From contig CP128817.1 in NCBI GenBank assembly GCA_051546255.1, forward strand, positions 806,001 through 870,000: a DNA stretch of 64,000 nucleotides. Direction: 5' to 3'. Within the stretch, counting starts at the first letter, position 1. Each line of letters starts with the position of its first letter. Positions 19,466 through 30,700 of the stretch are shown here, piece by piece. The position numbers were made by a program, and so were the translations under genes. Origin of the DNA: Meyerozyma guilliermondii (lineage: Eukaryota). The notes under the pieces were generated by a model, which was given only the letters and a program-made list of their open reading frames with translations, was not told the origin of the DNA and did no database searches.

Positions 19466-22400
19466 CTATTCCAGAGGACCGGCAGAATTAAGTAGATCGC
19501 GTAAATCATTTCTCTCGTGGGGTGGCTCTTCCTTGAGCGATGTGGAATCAGAGTTGAGTAGACTCATGATCGACGGCCGTTGCAGCTTGGAAGTTTCTTT
19601 GTTCTCCAGCTTTAAAGCCGGTTCAGGATCGTTGGATAGAAGTGAGCTTATCGTGGGACGCTCATGAACAGGGGGCAGGATTATCCCATTCAAAGTGACC
19701 GAAGGACGGGACTCTTGAGCTTGGTGCGATTGGTTCGCAGCTTGATGAGCTTGGTGAGATTGGTGTGGTTGATGAGGTTGGTGAGGTTGGTGAGGTTGGT
19801 GAGATTGGTGTGGTTGATGAGATTGGTGTGGTTGATGGGGTTGGTGAGGTTGGTGAGCTTGACCATCCAGTTGACCATCATTTTGGAAATCTTGGGGAGC
19901 TGGTGCAATTGGCTGAGAACCTTGCTGACTTTGAAACTGTTTGGCGGAAGTTAATTCTGGCTGAAACGAAGCACCCAATTCACTCTTAGTGTCTTTCGTA
20001 TCTGCACCGGCCACAATCACATTCCAGTTGTTTCTCTCGGCATTACGAATAAAGTAGTTGCGAACCATGGTCGCGGTTTTGGTGGACAAGGTATCAGCAA
20101 TAGCTATCCAGTTGGTACCGTACATTGACAATAAGCGAGGAAACTCATTGGCCTCAGTAATACTCCAATAACTCGAGATATTCTTTTTCTTGTCTGTTTC
20201 ATTGGAATTATCGTGCTCGTGAGATTCGGTTTCAATATTTGTTGGTGCTGGTTGCGATGGTTCAATTGCCGACTCTCCAGACTGAACAGCATTTTCCATA
20301 TCCATTGTTTCAGGTTGCTGACCTTCGTCCTTTTTCTTTTTTCTTTTCTTGATCTGAATAACGGTGGTCTCCTTTTTCTTGGTACCTTCAAAAGTTGGTG
20401 CTGCTGCCCGCTTCCGTCTTCCCGTTTCAGTATACATTTCTTCTCCGAAAGTTTCATTTGGAAGTGTGATAGTTTGAGCGTACTCTTCAATGTCTCTCTC
20501 CACAGTAGGGGTACCAACAGGAGTTGACGATTGTGATGTATTTCTCGATTTGGGTTTACCTCTGCGAGCAGCCTTCTTGATACTCTTTTTCTTGAACTGA
20601 GCTACCAACAGCTTGTAGTTAACTGCCTTCTTTGTCATGTAATAGTGAACCACGCATTCTTCAGGTGTTCGAAGTCCTCCCATGTGTCGAGAAATAGCAC
20701 CAAAGCGCTTCGGATAAAGACAAAAGGCTTCACAGAAGGCAATGTGTTCGCTTGAATTGAAGTTGTTGTTGAAATCTGTCTTGACTCTAGATGCCCATTC
20801 CGTCTTGGACTTGACCATATTGTTGGAGTCCATATACTTCACTAGCGTACGCTCTTCTGGGTCCAATACCATATCAGGTATTGTAGCGGCACCTTTACGC
20901 GCTTTAAACAGCGGGTCCTGATTCTGCTGCTTTTCTAGTGATTGCAACACCTCCTGGAACTCTGCTTCTGTGGTCACCAAGTCTCCATGGCGTCTTCCCC
21001 GTCGAGAGAGTGCTGCATGGCCAGGAGCACCAAGTTCTTGCTGGTCGTTCTTGGTTCTTGTATCGATGGATTCCAACTCTCTTCTGAAATCGTCGTCTTC
21101 TGGGTGCAATATTTGGAGCTGTTCATCCATAAACTTGCGCTTTGCATTGAATTCCTTGAACTTGACTTCGTACAGCTTCCACAACAGAATCTTTTTCTCT
21201 TCTGTTTCTTTTATCTTCGATTGTAAGCGATGCACTAATTCGTCACGGTGCAATTTAAAGTAGTGGAAGTTCAAATCGAAAAAGTCAAGTTGACGAAAGT
21301 CGACAACGCTTTTCTTCGCAGTTCCCGATTTCTCAAACTCTTTAGAAAGAGCTTCGTACTCGGTCTGTATGCGGTTCAATGGGCCAAACTTCAACTGAGA
21401 GGAGGTCTCGCTATTTTGTTGAACTTTGGTATCCAATTGTGGCTCAGAAACGGGAGCAGAAGACACAGAAACTGGCTCAGAAACCGGTTCATGTTGCAGC
21501 TTTTGCGATTCCCGTGGCTCATGTGGTACATGTAGTTCTGGCTCCTGTTCCTGTTCCGTCACCTTTGGTTCTTCAGGCTCGTAAGATTCCAGATCTGGTG
21601 TGGCAGAAATTTTGCGAGAACGAATGGCTTCGAATGCCTCACGGTGCATTTCCGACATGGCTGAGTCGTCTTCCTTGTCAATCTTCATAGCTTCATTCTC
21701 TACACTGGGCTCAGGAGGCTCGTAATCATCAGCTTCGTCATCTGTACTAACGGGTGTCTCGTTATCGCTGTATGTTCGGCTTGGTTCGAGCTCTGCTTTG
21801 ACATCAGCACGGACATCGTCGTTGTATTCAGGAGATGTCTCGCGGCGCTCCACAGAGTTGGAGGGAGTGTTGGGTCGGGAGTCGCTATCACTGGGAGATT
21901 TGGAGCCATTTTCGGTTTTGTCCAAACTGCAGTAGCGGTCTATATGGCGATAATTGTAGGAAGATCCGGGAGCAGAACCAGAGTATGACGAGCCAGAGTA
22001 GCCTGAGCGATAGTAGTCGCCTCGGCTATCCATTCTACTTCCGGTGTTCAGGTAGGAACCTCGGATACGAGTGCGAGGACGACCGGAATTGTAGCCACCG
22101 CTCCATTTTTTTTCTCCATGATCTGTCAGGTAGCTGTCGTAGCGGTCATTTGCAGAAGCAGTGTTTGGCGGCTTCCTTGGACCATAAACCTGGCCGCCAG
22201 AAGAATCTCGTTCTCTTCTAGATGAAAATGCGTTGTACGAGCCGTAGCTGGGATAGTAGGAAGAGTACCCTCGAGAAGGTCCATACAGCCCATAAGCGCC
22301 TCTATTTGAAGGAGGACCATTATAGCCCTGTCCTTGGTAACGGGAGCGATGATTGGTGACGTTGGAGGACGAGGACACCGAGTCTCGAAGCGAAGACAGA

Positions 22401-22537
22401 CCGGTAGATGCGGAGCTGGGCCCTTTATAATCTCTCCGGGAACCCGAAGGAGGGTGGAAACTCTTGCGCTTCGCCTTACCGTAGTCATAGTCGCCCCTGT
22501 CTGTATACCTCGGCGGCGGGCCTCTGCCAGAGGACAT
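19466..22537 (-). CDS. SNT1: Set3C histone deacetylase complex subunit, two SANT domains
   Basis: SANT1 (FCEAFCLYPKRFGAIS..ECVVHYYMTKK..NYK) and SANT2 (SSYWSITE..F..LL..YGTNW..IA..L.TKT.TMVRNYF). Confidence 0.88.
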   Translation of the reverse strand: MSSGRGPPPRYTDRGDYDYGKAKRKSFHPPSGSRRDYKGPSSASTGLSSLRDSVSSSSNVTNHRSRYQGQGYNGPPSNRGAYGLYGPSRGYSSYYPSYGSYNAFSSRRERDSSGGQVYGPRKPPNTASANDRYDSYLTDHGEKKWSGGYNSGRPRTRIRGSYLNTGSRMDSRGDYYRSGYSGSSYSGSAPGSSYNYRHIDRYCSLDKTENGSKSPSDSDSRPNTPSNSVERRETSPEYNDDVRADVKAELEPSRTYSDNETPVSTDDEADDYEPPEPSVENEAMKIDKEDDSAMSEMHREAFEAIRSRKISATPDLESYEPEEPKVTEQEQEPELHVPHEPRESQKLQHEPVSEPVSVSSAPVSEPQLDTKVQQNSETSSQLKFGPLNRIQTEYEALSKEFEKSGTAKKSVVDFRQLDFFDLNFHYFKLHRDELVHRLQSKIKETEEKKILLWKLYEVKFKEFNAKRKFMDEQLQILHPEDDDFRRELESIDTRTKNDQQELGAPGHAALSRRGRRHGDLVTTEAEFQEVLQSLEKQQNQDPLFKARKGAATIPDMVLDPEERTLVKYMDSNNMVKSKTEWASRVKTDFNNNFNSSEHIAFCEAFCLYPKRFGAISRHMGGLRTPEECVVHYYMTKKAVNYKLLVAQFKKKSIKKAARRGKPKSRNTSQSSTPVGTPTVERDIEEYAQTITLPNETFGEEMYTETGRRKRAAAPTFEGTKKKETTVIQIKKRKKKKDEGQQPETMDMENAVQSGESAIEPSQPAPTNIETESHEHDNSNETDKKKNISSYWSITEANEFPRLLSMYGTNWIAIADTLSTKTATMVRNYFIRNAERNNWNVIVAGADTKDTKSELGASFQPELTSAKQFQSQQGSQPIAPAPQDFQNDGQLDGQAHQPHQPHQPHQSHQPHQSHQPHQPHQPHQPHQSHQAHQAANQSHQAQESRPSVTLNGIILPPVHERPTISSLLSNDPEPALKLENKETSKLQRPSIMSLLNSDSTSLKEEPPHERNDLRDLLNSAGPLE
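19742..19861 (-). repeat. Coding 9-nt tandem repeat, 13 x Q(P/S/A)H, in SNT1
   Basis: Read directly in the sequence and translation (QAHQPHQPHQPHQSH...). Confidence 0.9.
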
Positions 22538-22872
22538 TATATGAACGAGGTGTTTTTGGAGGATATTTTATCAAGCCAGAAAATAGTGCTGGTGGTAAAA
22601 ATATAACTTTTTGGGGTACTTTGGTGTGCCAGAAAGCTTTAAGTAGCTTGATGGGTCGATTTGAACGTCACAAATTGATATATTTGTTGTGGTCTAAAGG
22701 GATGGTTTGTACAAGAAGAAGTTATATTTAAAATTTTTGGGTGCGCGCACCAAATGGCTGGGCGCGTGAGAGAGAGAGCGAGAGTGAGAGGTGGGTATAA
22801 TTAAACAATATTGTAGGTTTAACTATCCAATCAATATTGTAAGAGTTTATTATTTGTATGTTCTATTAGTTT

Positions 22873-24489
22873 TTAAGGCAGTTCGCCATGGAGAATGCGG
22901 CGAAGCACTCCAATATTCTCAATGCATTTCACAAAGTCTTCATATGTCACATTTGGTTTGATGGTTTTGTTTCCAAAGTCCTGGTTTCCATTTCGGGATA
23001 ATCCTCGAGACACTATCACGGATACCACCGAGCAAGACTCCAAAGCAGAAATAATATCCAAAAATTCTCCCTTTCGAAGTTTTCCTAGTAACCGCTCAGC
23101 GTGCTCACTACAGTGCTTTGTGTAGAAATCGTAGAACCCATTGATGGTGATGTCTCGCGCCAACAGTCCTGCTGTCGATGGGCCATGGTAGTAGTTGAAC
23201 AAGCAACAAAGAACAGTTTTCTGGTGAAGATTCAAACTCTGCAATTTGCTCATGGAATTGTCTCCAAAAGACCGAGAACAAACCTTGGCGACATGGGTTA
23301 TCATAACCTTGGGAGCATTATCGTAGGTCAATTGGTCAAATTCCGGTGGTGTGAGCTTTTTCCGTTGCTCCTCTTCAACCATTTCTATACTTTGGTAGAA
23401 AATATCGAAAGCTTTACGCAAGTCTCCAGTTATAGCAGCCGCTTTTTTGGAGCAAAGAATGATGGCCGTGGGGTGAACAATAGGAACGGAACCCATGAGA
23501 GGTTTCCCAGAAGTAGGTGGAGCATTTTCCTTGTCGCTTTCGTCAACCAAAGTTCTCAACTTCAGCTCCACAATGCTTTTGATGTGATGAGCTGCGTACG
23601 GCAGAAACTGCAAAGTGCAAGGCAGCATTCCATTAGCTTTGAGCCGAGGCAAGAACTTGTCTGTCAAGTCGAGAGCATTGGAGATTGCAAGAATGATTAA
23701 TTTGGCTCGGTAATGATGAGAATGTTGGTGGTAAGCAAGACGGAAAAGTGTAAAGATCACTTGCTGGTCCTTGGTGAGAAGACAGTCGAGTTCATCTAGA
23801 ACAACCACAAGACTGTCGACGTGAGAAGTATTCAATAAAAGTTGCTGGAGATCATCTGCCGTTTTTCTTTTGTTATGACGGGTGGATTCTTCTTGGCTTA
23901 AGCCGCAGTAAATTTCATGGAACACATTTTCCGGACGAGCTATAAGTGTCATACAGTTGATGTGAACCGTGCGTACTCTTTTCTTCTTGTGGACAAAGTT
24001 ATTAATATCAGAACTCGAGCTTTTCAGAAGATACCTAAGGATCTTGGTCACCTGAGCAGTCTTACCGGTTCCCGGAGGTCCTGAAATGTAGAGGCTGCTT
24101 GAGGTTCCAGCCTCGAGATTTTTTGTCACAAAACCAACAATGGACTCGGTCTCACCTTCTCTGCCAACCAAATGAGCATTTTCCGAGTCAGCAACGGCGC
24201 TTTTTTGGAAGAGATTCTTGGCCCTTGAATAGACAGATGATTGGCGCAGCAGCACCATTGGAAGATTTTCCAGTGCTCCTGGTTTGACCAGAACTTCCAG
24301 CTTTTGTGTATCAAACACCAAGCTTCGTACTCCAGAAGATTTCACATCAAAGTGAATAATTCTATTCTTCTCTGGAGTCACTGGAGGACTTATCAATTGG
24401 AAGGTATTCGACACATCTGTTAATCCTGACTTTGTACGTTTCACTGGAAGACACTCTTGAAATGTTCTTTTCCTAGACTCCATCACCAT
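22873..24489 (-). CDS. CDC6: Replication licensing AAA+ ATPase Cdc6
   Basis: SLYISGPPGTGKT, INCMTL, VVVLDELD, ISNALDLTDKFLPRL and TGDLRKAFD. Confidence 0.93.
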   Translation of the reverse strand: MVMESRKRTFQECLPVKRTKSGLTDVSNTFQLISPPVTPEKNRIIHFDVKSSGVRSLVFDTQKLEVLVKPGALENLPMVLLRQSSVYSRAKNLFQKSAVADSENAHLVGREGETESIVGFVTKNLEAGTSSSLYISGPPGTGKTAQVTKILRYLLKSSSSDINNFVHKKKRVRTVHINCMTLIARPENVFHEIYCGLSQEESTRHNKRKTADDLQQLLLNTSHVDSLVVVLDELDCLLTKDQQVIFTLFRLAYHQHSHHYRAKLIILAISNALDLTDKFLPRLKANGMLPCTLQFLPYAAHHIKSIVELKLRTLVDESDKENAPPTSGKPLMGSVPIVHPTAIILCSKKAAAITGDLRKAFDIFYQSIEMVEEEQRKKLTPPEFDQLTYDNAPKVMITHVAKVCSRSFGDNSMSKLQSLNLHQKTVLCCLFNYYHGPSTAGLLARDITINGFYDFYTKHCSEHAERLLGKLRKGEFLDIISALESCSVVSVIVSRGLSRNGNQDFGNKTIKPNVTYEDFVKCIENIGVLRRILHGELP

Positions 24490-24583
24490 TGAAAGTAAAA
24501 GGTAGAAAGAAAGAACACTAGTTCAAAGGTTCATTGCAGAATCGCGATTTCAATTTATCCCAATCGGGACTGGTAATTGGCGT

Positions 24584-24639
24584 CGCGTCAGTGAACTTTG
24601 GAGGTGGACTGGACTTCACACCCATGCACCCACACGCGT
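24584..24639. promoter_or_regulatory. MCB (ACGCGT at 24634) and MCB-like TCGCGT elements upstream of CDC6
   Basis: Exact MluI cell-cycle box within ~150 bp of the CDC6 start, as expected for a G1/S gene. Confidence 0.5.
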
Positions 24640-24920
24640 CAGAGAGATGACTCCAAGTCTTTCAATGCTTTCGTTAATACCGGGTTTTTCCGGGTCACCA
24701 TGTATACGTCGGTGGGTTTGACGACCTGGCGCAGAGCGTGTTTTGCAAAAAGTTCAAGATCCTCGCCAAAATTGACAATTTGGTTGTAAGTGAGTTCCAC
24801 CAAAGTGGCCACGAACGTGGGACTGGCCGCCAATTCTGGACCCATACGAGCCAATTCCGCCTCCACGATCTGGGCGACAGAAAGGTAGACGGCTGCTTTG
24901 AGTTGGAGGGGTGTTTCCAT
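24639..24920 (-). CDS. MHF1: Histone-fold protein Mhf1 (CENP-S)
   Basis: QLKAAVY, FVATLVEL, GEDLELFAKHA.R..VKPTDV..TRKN. Divergent from DUF1; the two are neighbours in S. cerevisiae. Confidence 0.9.
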   Translation of the reverse strand: METPLQLKAAVYLSVAQIVEAELARMGPELAASPTFVATLVELTYNQIVNFGEDLELFAKHALRQVVKPTDVYMVTRKNPVLTKALKDLESSL

Positions 24921-25795
24921 AAGAGTGGACGGGGAAGAAAAATGGGGAAAAAAGATGAGAATGCAACTTTGGTAGTCTCAAAATGTGAAAGGTTCTGGTT
25001 GTGCCTCAATTCTGCGACACTCACAGCGCACGGAACAATGCGACTCGGCGTTCACAACAAGACTTAATCGAATCTTCTATTCGCGAACGTTGGAAGATTG
25101 ACTAAATTGCGAACGTTCGAAACTCATAACCAGCACGTGACCCATATGCTATAATCTAGCATGAAAAGGAGATCGAGCCATTTCCGAAAGATAATTTGAA
25201 GGCCCGACTTCAGCATTCACTCATACAATCTTTGATTTTTCTTCATCCATTCTCCATCTTCATCCACCTTCATCCATCTCCATCTTCATTCTTCGCTGCC
25301 CATTACGTCATCACTGACATTCCCCGACCGATTCCCCACCCCCGAGAACTCCTATTATTCTAAGCGAGGGAATCTGAATTTACGGGCTAGCCCTGAGATC
25401 CACAGGCACACAAAAATATACACTAGACTCAGGTGATAGCTGGAAACAACAGAACCAGACTATATTAGCTGTCTTGCTGTCTATCATTAACTCGTGGTGA
25501 GTCGACTAGCTACTCATGGCTCATTGAAGTACCCATTGTTGCCAAAGAATAAAGTAAGAAGATCTGGAGAAAAACTTGTTGCTTAATACTAAAGGCGATT
25601 CAAGTCTTGTTAGATTTTGAACTATCAAGAAAGAATACTCCAAACAAGACCAAAACGAAAAGTTCAACAACTGCAAAAAAGAACAAATCACTCAAATCAA
25701 ATTCAGCAAGTTGCTTAAGTTTCCTTCAATTTTGCGTAAGTTTCCTCAAACTTCCTCAATTTCCATTTCCTTAGATTTCCTTAAATTCAACAGTC

Positions 25796-28700
25796 ATGTC
25801 CAAAACACGCCGTGGAATATCCTACGTTTTGGGTGAGTCCAACGACGACGAAAACCATATTTTACCCATAAACTCCATACAATACTCTTCGTTTTCCGAC
25901 AAATTTTATACCGGAGGTCGTGACGGTACGGTCAAGGAATGGTCCACCAACGAGTCTCACGAACCAAAAGAAGACTCTCCTCAGTTTTTTTTCTCAGACA
26001 CTTTCAAAGATGGCCCTGGGCACGATTCAGAGCTCGACCAAGACTTGAGCGAGAGAATACTCAAACTTGAAACCTCCATATCTGCAAACCCATTATCCTA
26101 CAACTCTCAAGTCCACCACAATTTCAAAATAACTCATAGTCATAATATCCATTTTGACTGGATTAACGACTTGATATTGATCAACCAAGACCGAAAACTT
26201 GTCTCGTGCTCGTCAGACTTGTCCCTAAAACTACTTCATTTGGATAGACTGAATGAAGTCACAAAGTTCGCCAATATTCACACAGACTATGTCAAGAAAT
26301 TAGCCTATATGAGAGGCTCTAACATGTTGCTAAGTGGTGGATACGACGGGAAAATAGCATTGTGGGACATGAACTCTTTGGCTCCTGTTCTGCAAATCAG
26401 CACCGTGCAGTCTTCGGCTTCTATGCCCAGCTCGATATACTCTTTGGCTAGCAGCTCTGCAAATACTTTTTGCAGTGGAGGTCCTAGCAGTATCGTCAAT
26501 TTGTACGATACTCGTATTCCCAACCATATGGTAAGACGACTTTTGGGTCACCAGGACAACGTGAGATGCCTTCTTATGAACGACAACCAGATTCTCAGTG
26601 GCTCATCGGATTCTTCCATAAAACTATGGGATTTGCGTATGTTCAAAGTTTACAAGAATTTTGATATTCATGACGAATCCGTATGGGCAATGAGCACTGC
26701 AGAATCTTCTTCTCCCGGCTCATACAACTCGACTGAATCGTCCAACTTTAATGTCTTTTACAGTGCAGACCGATCAGGTACGGTTTTGAAGACAGACTTG
26801 TCTTACTTGTCGCAAAATCTAAGTGAAAATGTTCTTCCTGATCAGCAGACTTTCACCACCAACGAAAATGCCGCCGTTGACGAAAAGGTTGGACTAACAG
26901 CTATAGTTGCAAAAATTGACTCACCCATCTTGGCTTTATGTGTTGAGACCGTTAAGCAAAATGGAGAACGATCAAATTCTTCACTTCTTGTTTCAACAAA
27001 CGGTTCTCTTGCCAGATACTACGTTCCTGAAACCGAGCAACTAGCAAAGTACCAATACGTGAGAACTTGTGTGGATCTCATATATAATCGTCACGACGAT
27101 ACCGCCGAGGAACTTGTGGCCGATGATCAAAATGACCTCAATTCCGACTTTTATGATCTTGTGAGCCACCTTTCGGTGGAGACCAACAATCTCGATATTC
27201 AGTCTTCTCGATCGGTCGCTAACCCTCGGTCCGTCAATAATGAAGCTGCTACAACAAAGCTAGAAAGTCCTGATATCCGCGAGTACAATACCATGTTTGT
27301 TGACCAAAGTGGAGGTCCTTGTACCGACTTTATCAATACATACAACGAGGGACTTTTTAAGGAAAACAGCGTGGTGAATTCGTCTGTGGATACCACTCCG
27401 GTTGAAATTCCGCTCAATCCAGTTCCCGCCGAGCGTCTAACCAACATTCCGTTCAATAAAAAGCCATTTGTCGAATACCAAATCACCCCAAAATCCATTG
27501 TTGCCAAGAGACTCTTCAATAATAAGAGACAAATGATTGTTCTTTACTTGAATGGAGACATCAAAATATGGGACCTTCTAGTTTGTCAGCCCATTAAGAC
27601 ATTTCCGTACGAGAAAGCTGGCACATCAGGAATGAGCAAAGAAGTTTATGAGCAACGACAACAAGACATGGACGATATTTTCGAAGATCACGACTCCATG
27701 GATACATTGAACAATTGGTGCGAGGTGGAAATCAAATCGGGTAAGCTTTTGGTGACCCTCAAAGAAGGCAGTTTCCATCAAACAGAGATTTATTATGATG
27801 AATTGATCCAGGCGTATCCATACCTTGCATACAAGCATCATGATAATGACAAGTATGATGATGATCCCAATCTCAAGGTGAGCAATGACGATAGATTTCA
27901 AGTTTCACGAATCATCTTGAACTCATTGTTCTATAGCTATGCATTATACGAATGGGGGTTTGATCAGAAATTGAGAGAAGAACTCCGAAACCTCAGAAGA
28001 GCCTCTTTGACGCTGACAGAAGAACCTAGTCAAGCCAATGGTTCAAGTACTTCCAAACGGATAAAAATGTTTCGTAAAATATCCTCAAAGACATCTGTTA
28101 ATCGCCTGACGATTCCGGAATCCGCAAGTGGAACTACTTCGTCCTCAAACAGTATTGACGAGAACATTGATGCCGACCCGGAAGTAGCCAAGTTTATTGG
28201 AATCAACGAAGAAACTGGCGATAAAAATGACATTTTGAAAAACTTGTACAATTACGATACCTCGATCATGAAGCTCTTGCAGCTAAACAAGAAGAAATAC
28301 ACCGAAAAGTATCAGACTCAGGGAAAACAGAAACAGCTCGCAGATTCAATTTTGAAGATTTATTCTAATGATCCAAAACACTTGAGCAATACCTATAAAA
28401 GCGATGCTAGCGAGAGCTACAAACCACGAATAAATCCCAAGAGATTACCACCCAATCTTTTGATTATCATCTTTGAATACTCACCGGATCTCGGTAACCT
28501 TCGAGATGTGCTTAGCTTCCATTTTGAGGACCTACAAAGGTTGAATTACGAACAGGACAACGAAAAACAACAAGCTTTTATCCACGATTTGAGGACACAA
28601 TTGCCGCGGTGGATCGGTCACCCCATATTGTACGACAAGTTCCCGGCGGTGAACAGCTCCAAAGTGAGTTTCCAGTTGCTTGAAATGGATTACAGTAAGC

Positions 28701-29008
28701 TCGAACCTCACCAACTTATTGGTGGAAAATCACAGCGAAAAATTAAAAAGCTCCCTATAATGGAGTCACTGATCAAACTAACAGCCCATGAAATGCTCCG
28801 GGTAGGAAAAATACTAACCTATCTTACAGACAAGTTTGAAAGTCGCACCGCTGAGATGAAAGACCATCGAGAACCGTCCGAGTGGTTGGCACTAGAATGT
28901 CGCGGAAAAGAGCTCCCGGTTGGCATGACGCTTCAGACCATCAAAGCCAAGGTGTGGAAGAGCTCCAGCGACGTTGAGCTTATCTTTAGGCGTAAATTCG
29001 ATACATAG
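25796..29008 (+). CDS. DUF1: WD40 deubiquitinase-associated factor (WDR48/UAF1 family)
   Basis: YTGGRDG, HFDWINDL, HTDYVKKLA, GHQDNVRCL WD repeats and the C-terminal MTLQTIK..VWKSS.DVELIFR. Confidence 0.88.
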   Translation: MSKTRRGISYVLGESNDDENHILPINSIQYSSFSDKFYTGGRDGTVKEWSTNESHEPKEDSPQFFFSDTFKDGPGHDSELDQDLSERILKLETSISANPLSYNSQVHHNFKITHSHNIHFDWINDLILINQDRKLVSCSSDLSLKLLHLDRLNEVTKFANIHTDYVKKLAYMRGSNMLLSGGYDGKIALWDMNSLAPVLQISTVQSSASMPSSIYSLASSSANTFCSGGPSSIVNLYDTRIPNHMVRRLLGHQDNVRCLLMNDNQILSGSSDSSIKLWDLRMFKVYKNFDIHDESVWAMSTAESSSPGSYNSTESSNFNVFYSADRSGTVLKTDLSYLSQNLSENVLPDQQTFTTNENAAVDEKVGLTAIVAKIDSPILALCVETVKQNGERSNSSLLVSTNGSLARYYVPETEQLAKYQYVRTCVDLIYNRHDDTAEELVADDQNDLNSDFYDLVSHLSVETNNLDIQSSRSVANPRSVNNEAATTKLESPDIREYNTMFVDQSGGPCTDFINTYNEGLFKENSVVNSSVDTTPVEIPLNPVPAERLTNIPFNKKPFVEYQITPKSIVAKRLFNNKRQMIVLYLNGDIKIWDLLVCQPIKTFPYEKAGTSGMSKEVYEQRQQDMDDIFEDHDSMDTLNNWCEVEIKSGKLLVTLKEGSFHQTEIYYDELIQAYPYLAYKHHDNDKYDDDPNLKVSNDDRFQVSRIILNSLFYSYALYEWGFDQKLREELRNLRRASLTLTEEPSQANGSSTSKRIKMFRKISSKTSVNRLTIPESASGTTSSSNSIDENIDADPEVAKFIGINEETGDKNDILKNLYNYDTSIMKLLQLNKKKYTEKYQTQGKQKQLADSILKIYSNDPKHLSNTYKSDASESYKPRINPKRLPPNLLIIIFEYSPDLGNLRDVLSFHFEDLQRLNYEQDNEKQQAFIHDLRTQLPRWIGHPILYDKFPAVNSSKVSFQLLEMDYSKLEPHQLIGGKSQRKIKKLPIMESLIKLTAHEMLRVGKILTYLTDKFESRTAEMKDHREPSEWLALECRGKELPVGMTLQTIKAKVWKSSSDVELIFRRKFDT

Positions 29009-29099
29009 ATTATAGACCCACCTTCATCATGGTAGTGCACCCAGTGCACCAGCGCATTGGTGTTTCGCAAAATTTTCCAATCTGCAAAACATCACCATC

Positions 29100-29789
29100 A
29101 TGGAAGAGGCTGACAGATACGTATCGCGGTTATGGAGGTCGTTTAAAACGGTGAAGGAGATGGTCCGAGACAGGGTAAGTACACAGAAGGCTACCAGCAA
29201 CACAAATAGCTAACTTTAGGGTTATTACATTACACAGGAAGAAATCGACATGTCGTTGGATGAATTCCGGTCCAAGATATGTGACAGTATGGGATTACCC
29301 CAGCGGAAAATGATGTGTTTCCAGGCCAATCCTACCGCAGAAGCGCTTGAAAAGTTCCCAGACATGGGCTCTTTGTGGGTGGAATTTTGTGATGAGGCAA
29401 GTGTAGGTATCAAGACGATGAGAAACTTTTGTATTCACATAAGCGAGAAGAACTTTAGCACGGGAATATTCATATATCAGAACTCCATTACGCCCAGTGC
29501 CAACAAATTGGTACCCACAGTGGCGCCAGCGTCGATTGAAACGTTCCAAGAGAGCGATTTGATCGTCAACATAACCCACCATGATTTGGTGCCCAAGCAT
29601 ATAAAGTTGTCCATCGGCGAGAAAAAAGAGTTGTTGGCCCGGTACAGATTGAAAGAGTCGCAATTGCCCCGTATTCAACGAGAGGACCCGGTGGCACGGT
29701 ACTTGGGGTTGAAGCGTGGAGAGGTGGTGAAGATAATTAGACGATCAGAAACGTCTGGTAGATATGCGTCGTACCGGATCTGTTTGTAG
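29100..29789 (+). CDS. RPB5: RNA polymerase I/II/III shared subunit Rpb5; exons 29100-29174 and 29220-29789
   Basis: Exon 1 [25 protein letters not shown] joins in frame to [13 protein letters not shown]...[14 protein letters not shown]. Confidence 0.95.
29175..29219 (+). other. 45-nt spliceosomal intron in RPB5
   Basis: GTAAGT donor, GCTAAC branch site (29209-29214) and TAG acceptor. It contains an in-frame TAA, and removal restores the conserved ...VRDRGY. Confidence 0.92.
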
Positions 29790-29953
29790 TGTACTATATT
29801 GAATCAAAATTCAGCAAAATTCAGAAGACTGTACGAGAGAGACCTTCCTCTATGAAAGAGGGTTCCTCTGTAATTGATGAGATTTTGGCCTCTATAATTT
29901 CTTAATGACGATGACGTCTCTTGAATCTTCCTTTATTAGTTCCTTGGTCCCGT

Positions 29954-30700
29954 TTATGTTCTTATCCGTGAACACATCACACAGTCACTTCCCGTCCACC
30001 ACGTACAGTCTGTGGGTATTACGCCTTTGGGTGGAGAAACTTCTACTCCTTGCTCACCCAAGTATACCGGGCCAATGGTGATAATCAAAGAATGAATGAA
30101 AGCTTCAGTTTTTTGAAACAGTAAAAGGTCGTTAATAATTTGTGCTCCACCTTCAATCATGACCGAAGAAATGCTCAATTTGTCAAGTTCATCGAAAATC
30201 AAGTGCCAGTTTTGCAACCTATTTCGCAGCAATGAAAGACGTATATATTTTCCACCTTGACGACTAACTTCTTTTTCATTTTTGGTGTCGATGTCAACAT
30301 CATCCCTCACAATAATGTATGGAGCAAGAGCTTTTATATCATCTGTATTTTGGTCCACCAATTGATGCAATTGAGACAGCTTGTAGTCCCATTTACCACT
30401 CGGATCCAATACTACTGGCCTTGGACTTTTTCCTGCCTCGTGGCGGCAATTGAGTTTTGGGTCGTCTGCCAAAACAGTTCCGATTCCCACCATGATCGCA
30501 TCGTGCTTAGAACGTATATAGTGAGTCATGGACTTGGTTTCAGGACCAGAGATTTTGGTTTGAATTCCTGGCGCTGCCGCGATACGCGAGTCGAGCAGTT
30601 GAGCGTAGGTCAAGGTGACGAAGGGTTTTTTGTGTGGAGTGCTGTTCTGGGGTAGATATGGGTCTATGCATTGAAGCAAGGAGGAGGGAGGTGGCTCCAT
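29954..30700 (-). CDS. RIB7: Riboflavin pathway pyrimidine reductase
   Basis: PFVTLTYAQ(S)LDSRI, MTHYIRSKHDAIMVGIGTVLADDPKLNCR and MIEGGA. Start placed at MEPPP. Confidence 0.92.
   Translation of the reverse strand: MEPPPSSLLQCIDPYLPQNSTPHKKPFVTLTYAQLLDSRIAAAPGIQTKISGPETKSMTHYIRSKHDAIMVGIGTVLADDPKLNCRHEAGKSPRPVVLDPSGKWDYKLSQLHQLVDQNTDDIKALAPYIIVRDDVDIDTKNEKEVSRQGGKYIRLSLLRNRLQNWHLIFDELDKLSISSVMIEGGAQIINDLLLFQKTEAFIHSLIITIGPVYLGEQGVEVSPPKGVIPTDCTWWTGSDCVMCSRIRT

Noticed and set aside
24921..25795. Long intergenic region as a possible ncRNA or telomerase RNA locus (45736-46911 was also examined)
   Set aside because: No telomere-template-like, tRNA or snoRNA signature. Only simple repeats and CACGTG/TTACGTCA motifs were seen.
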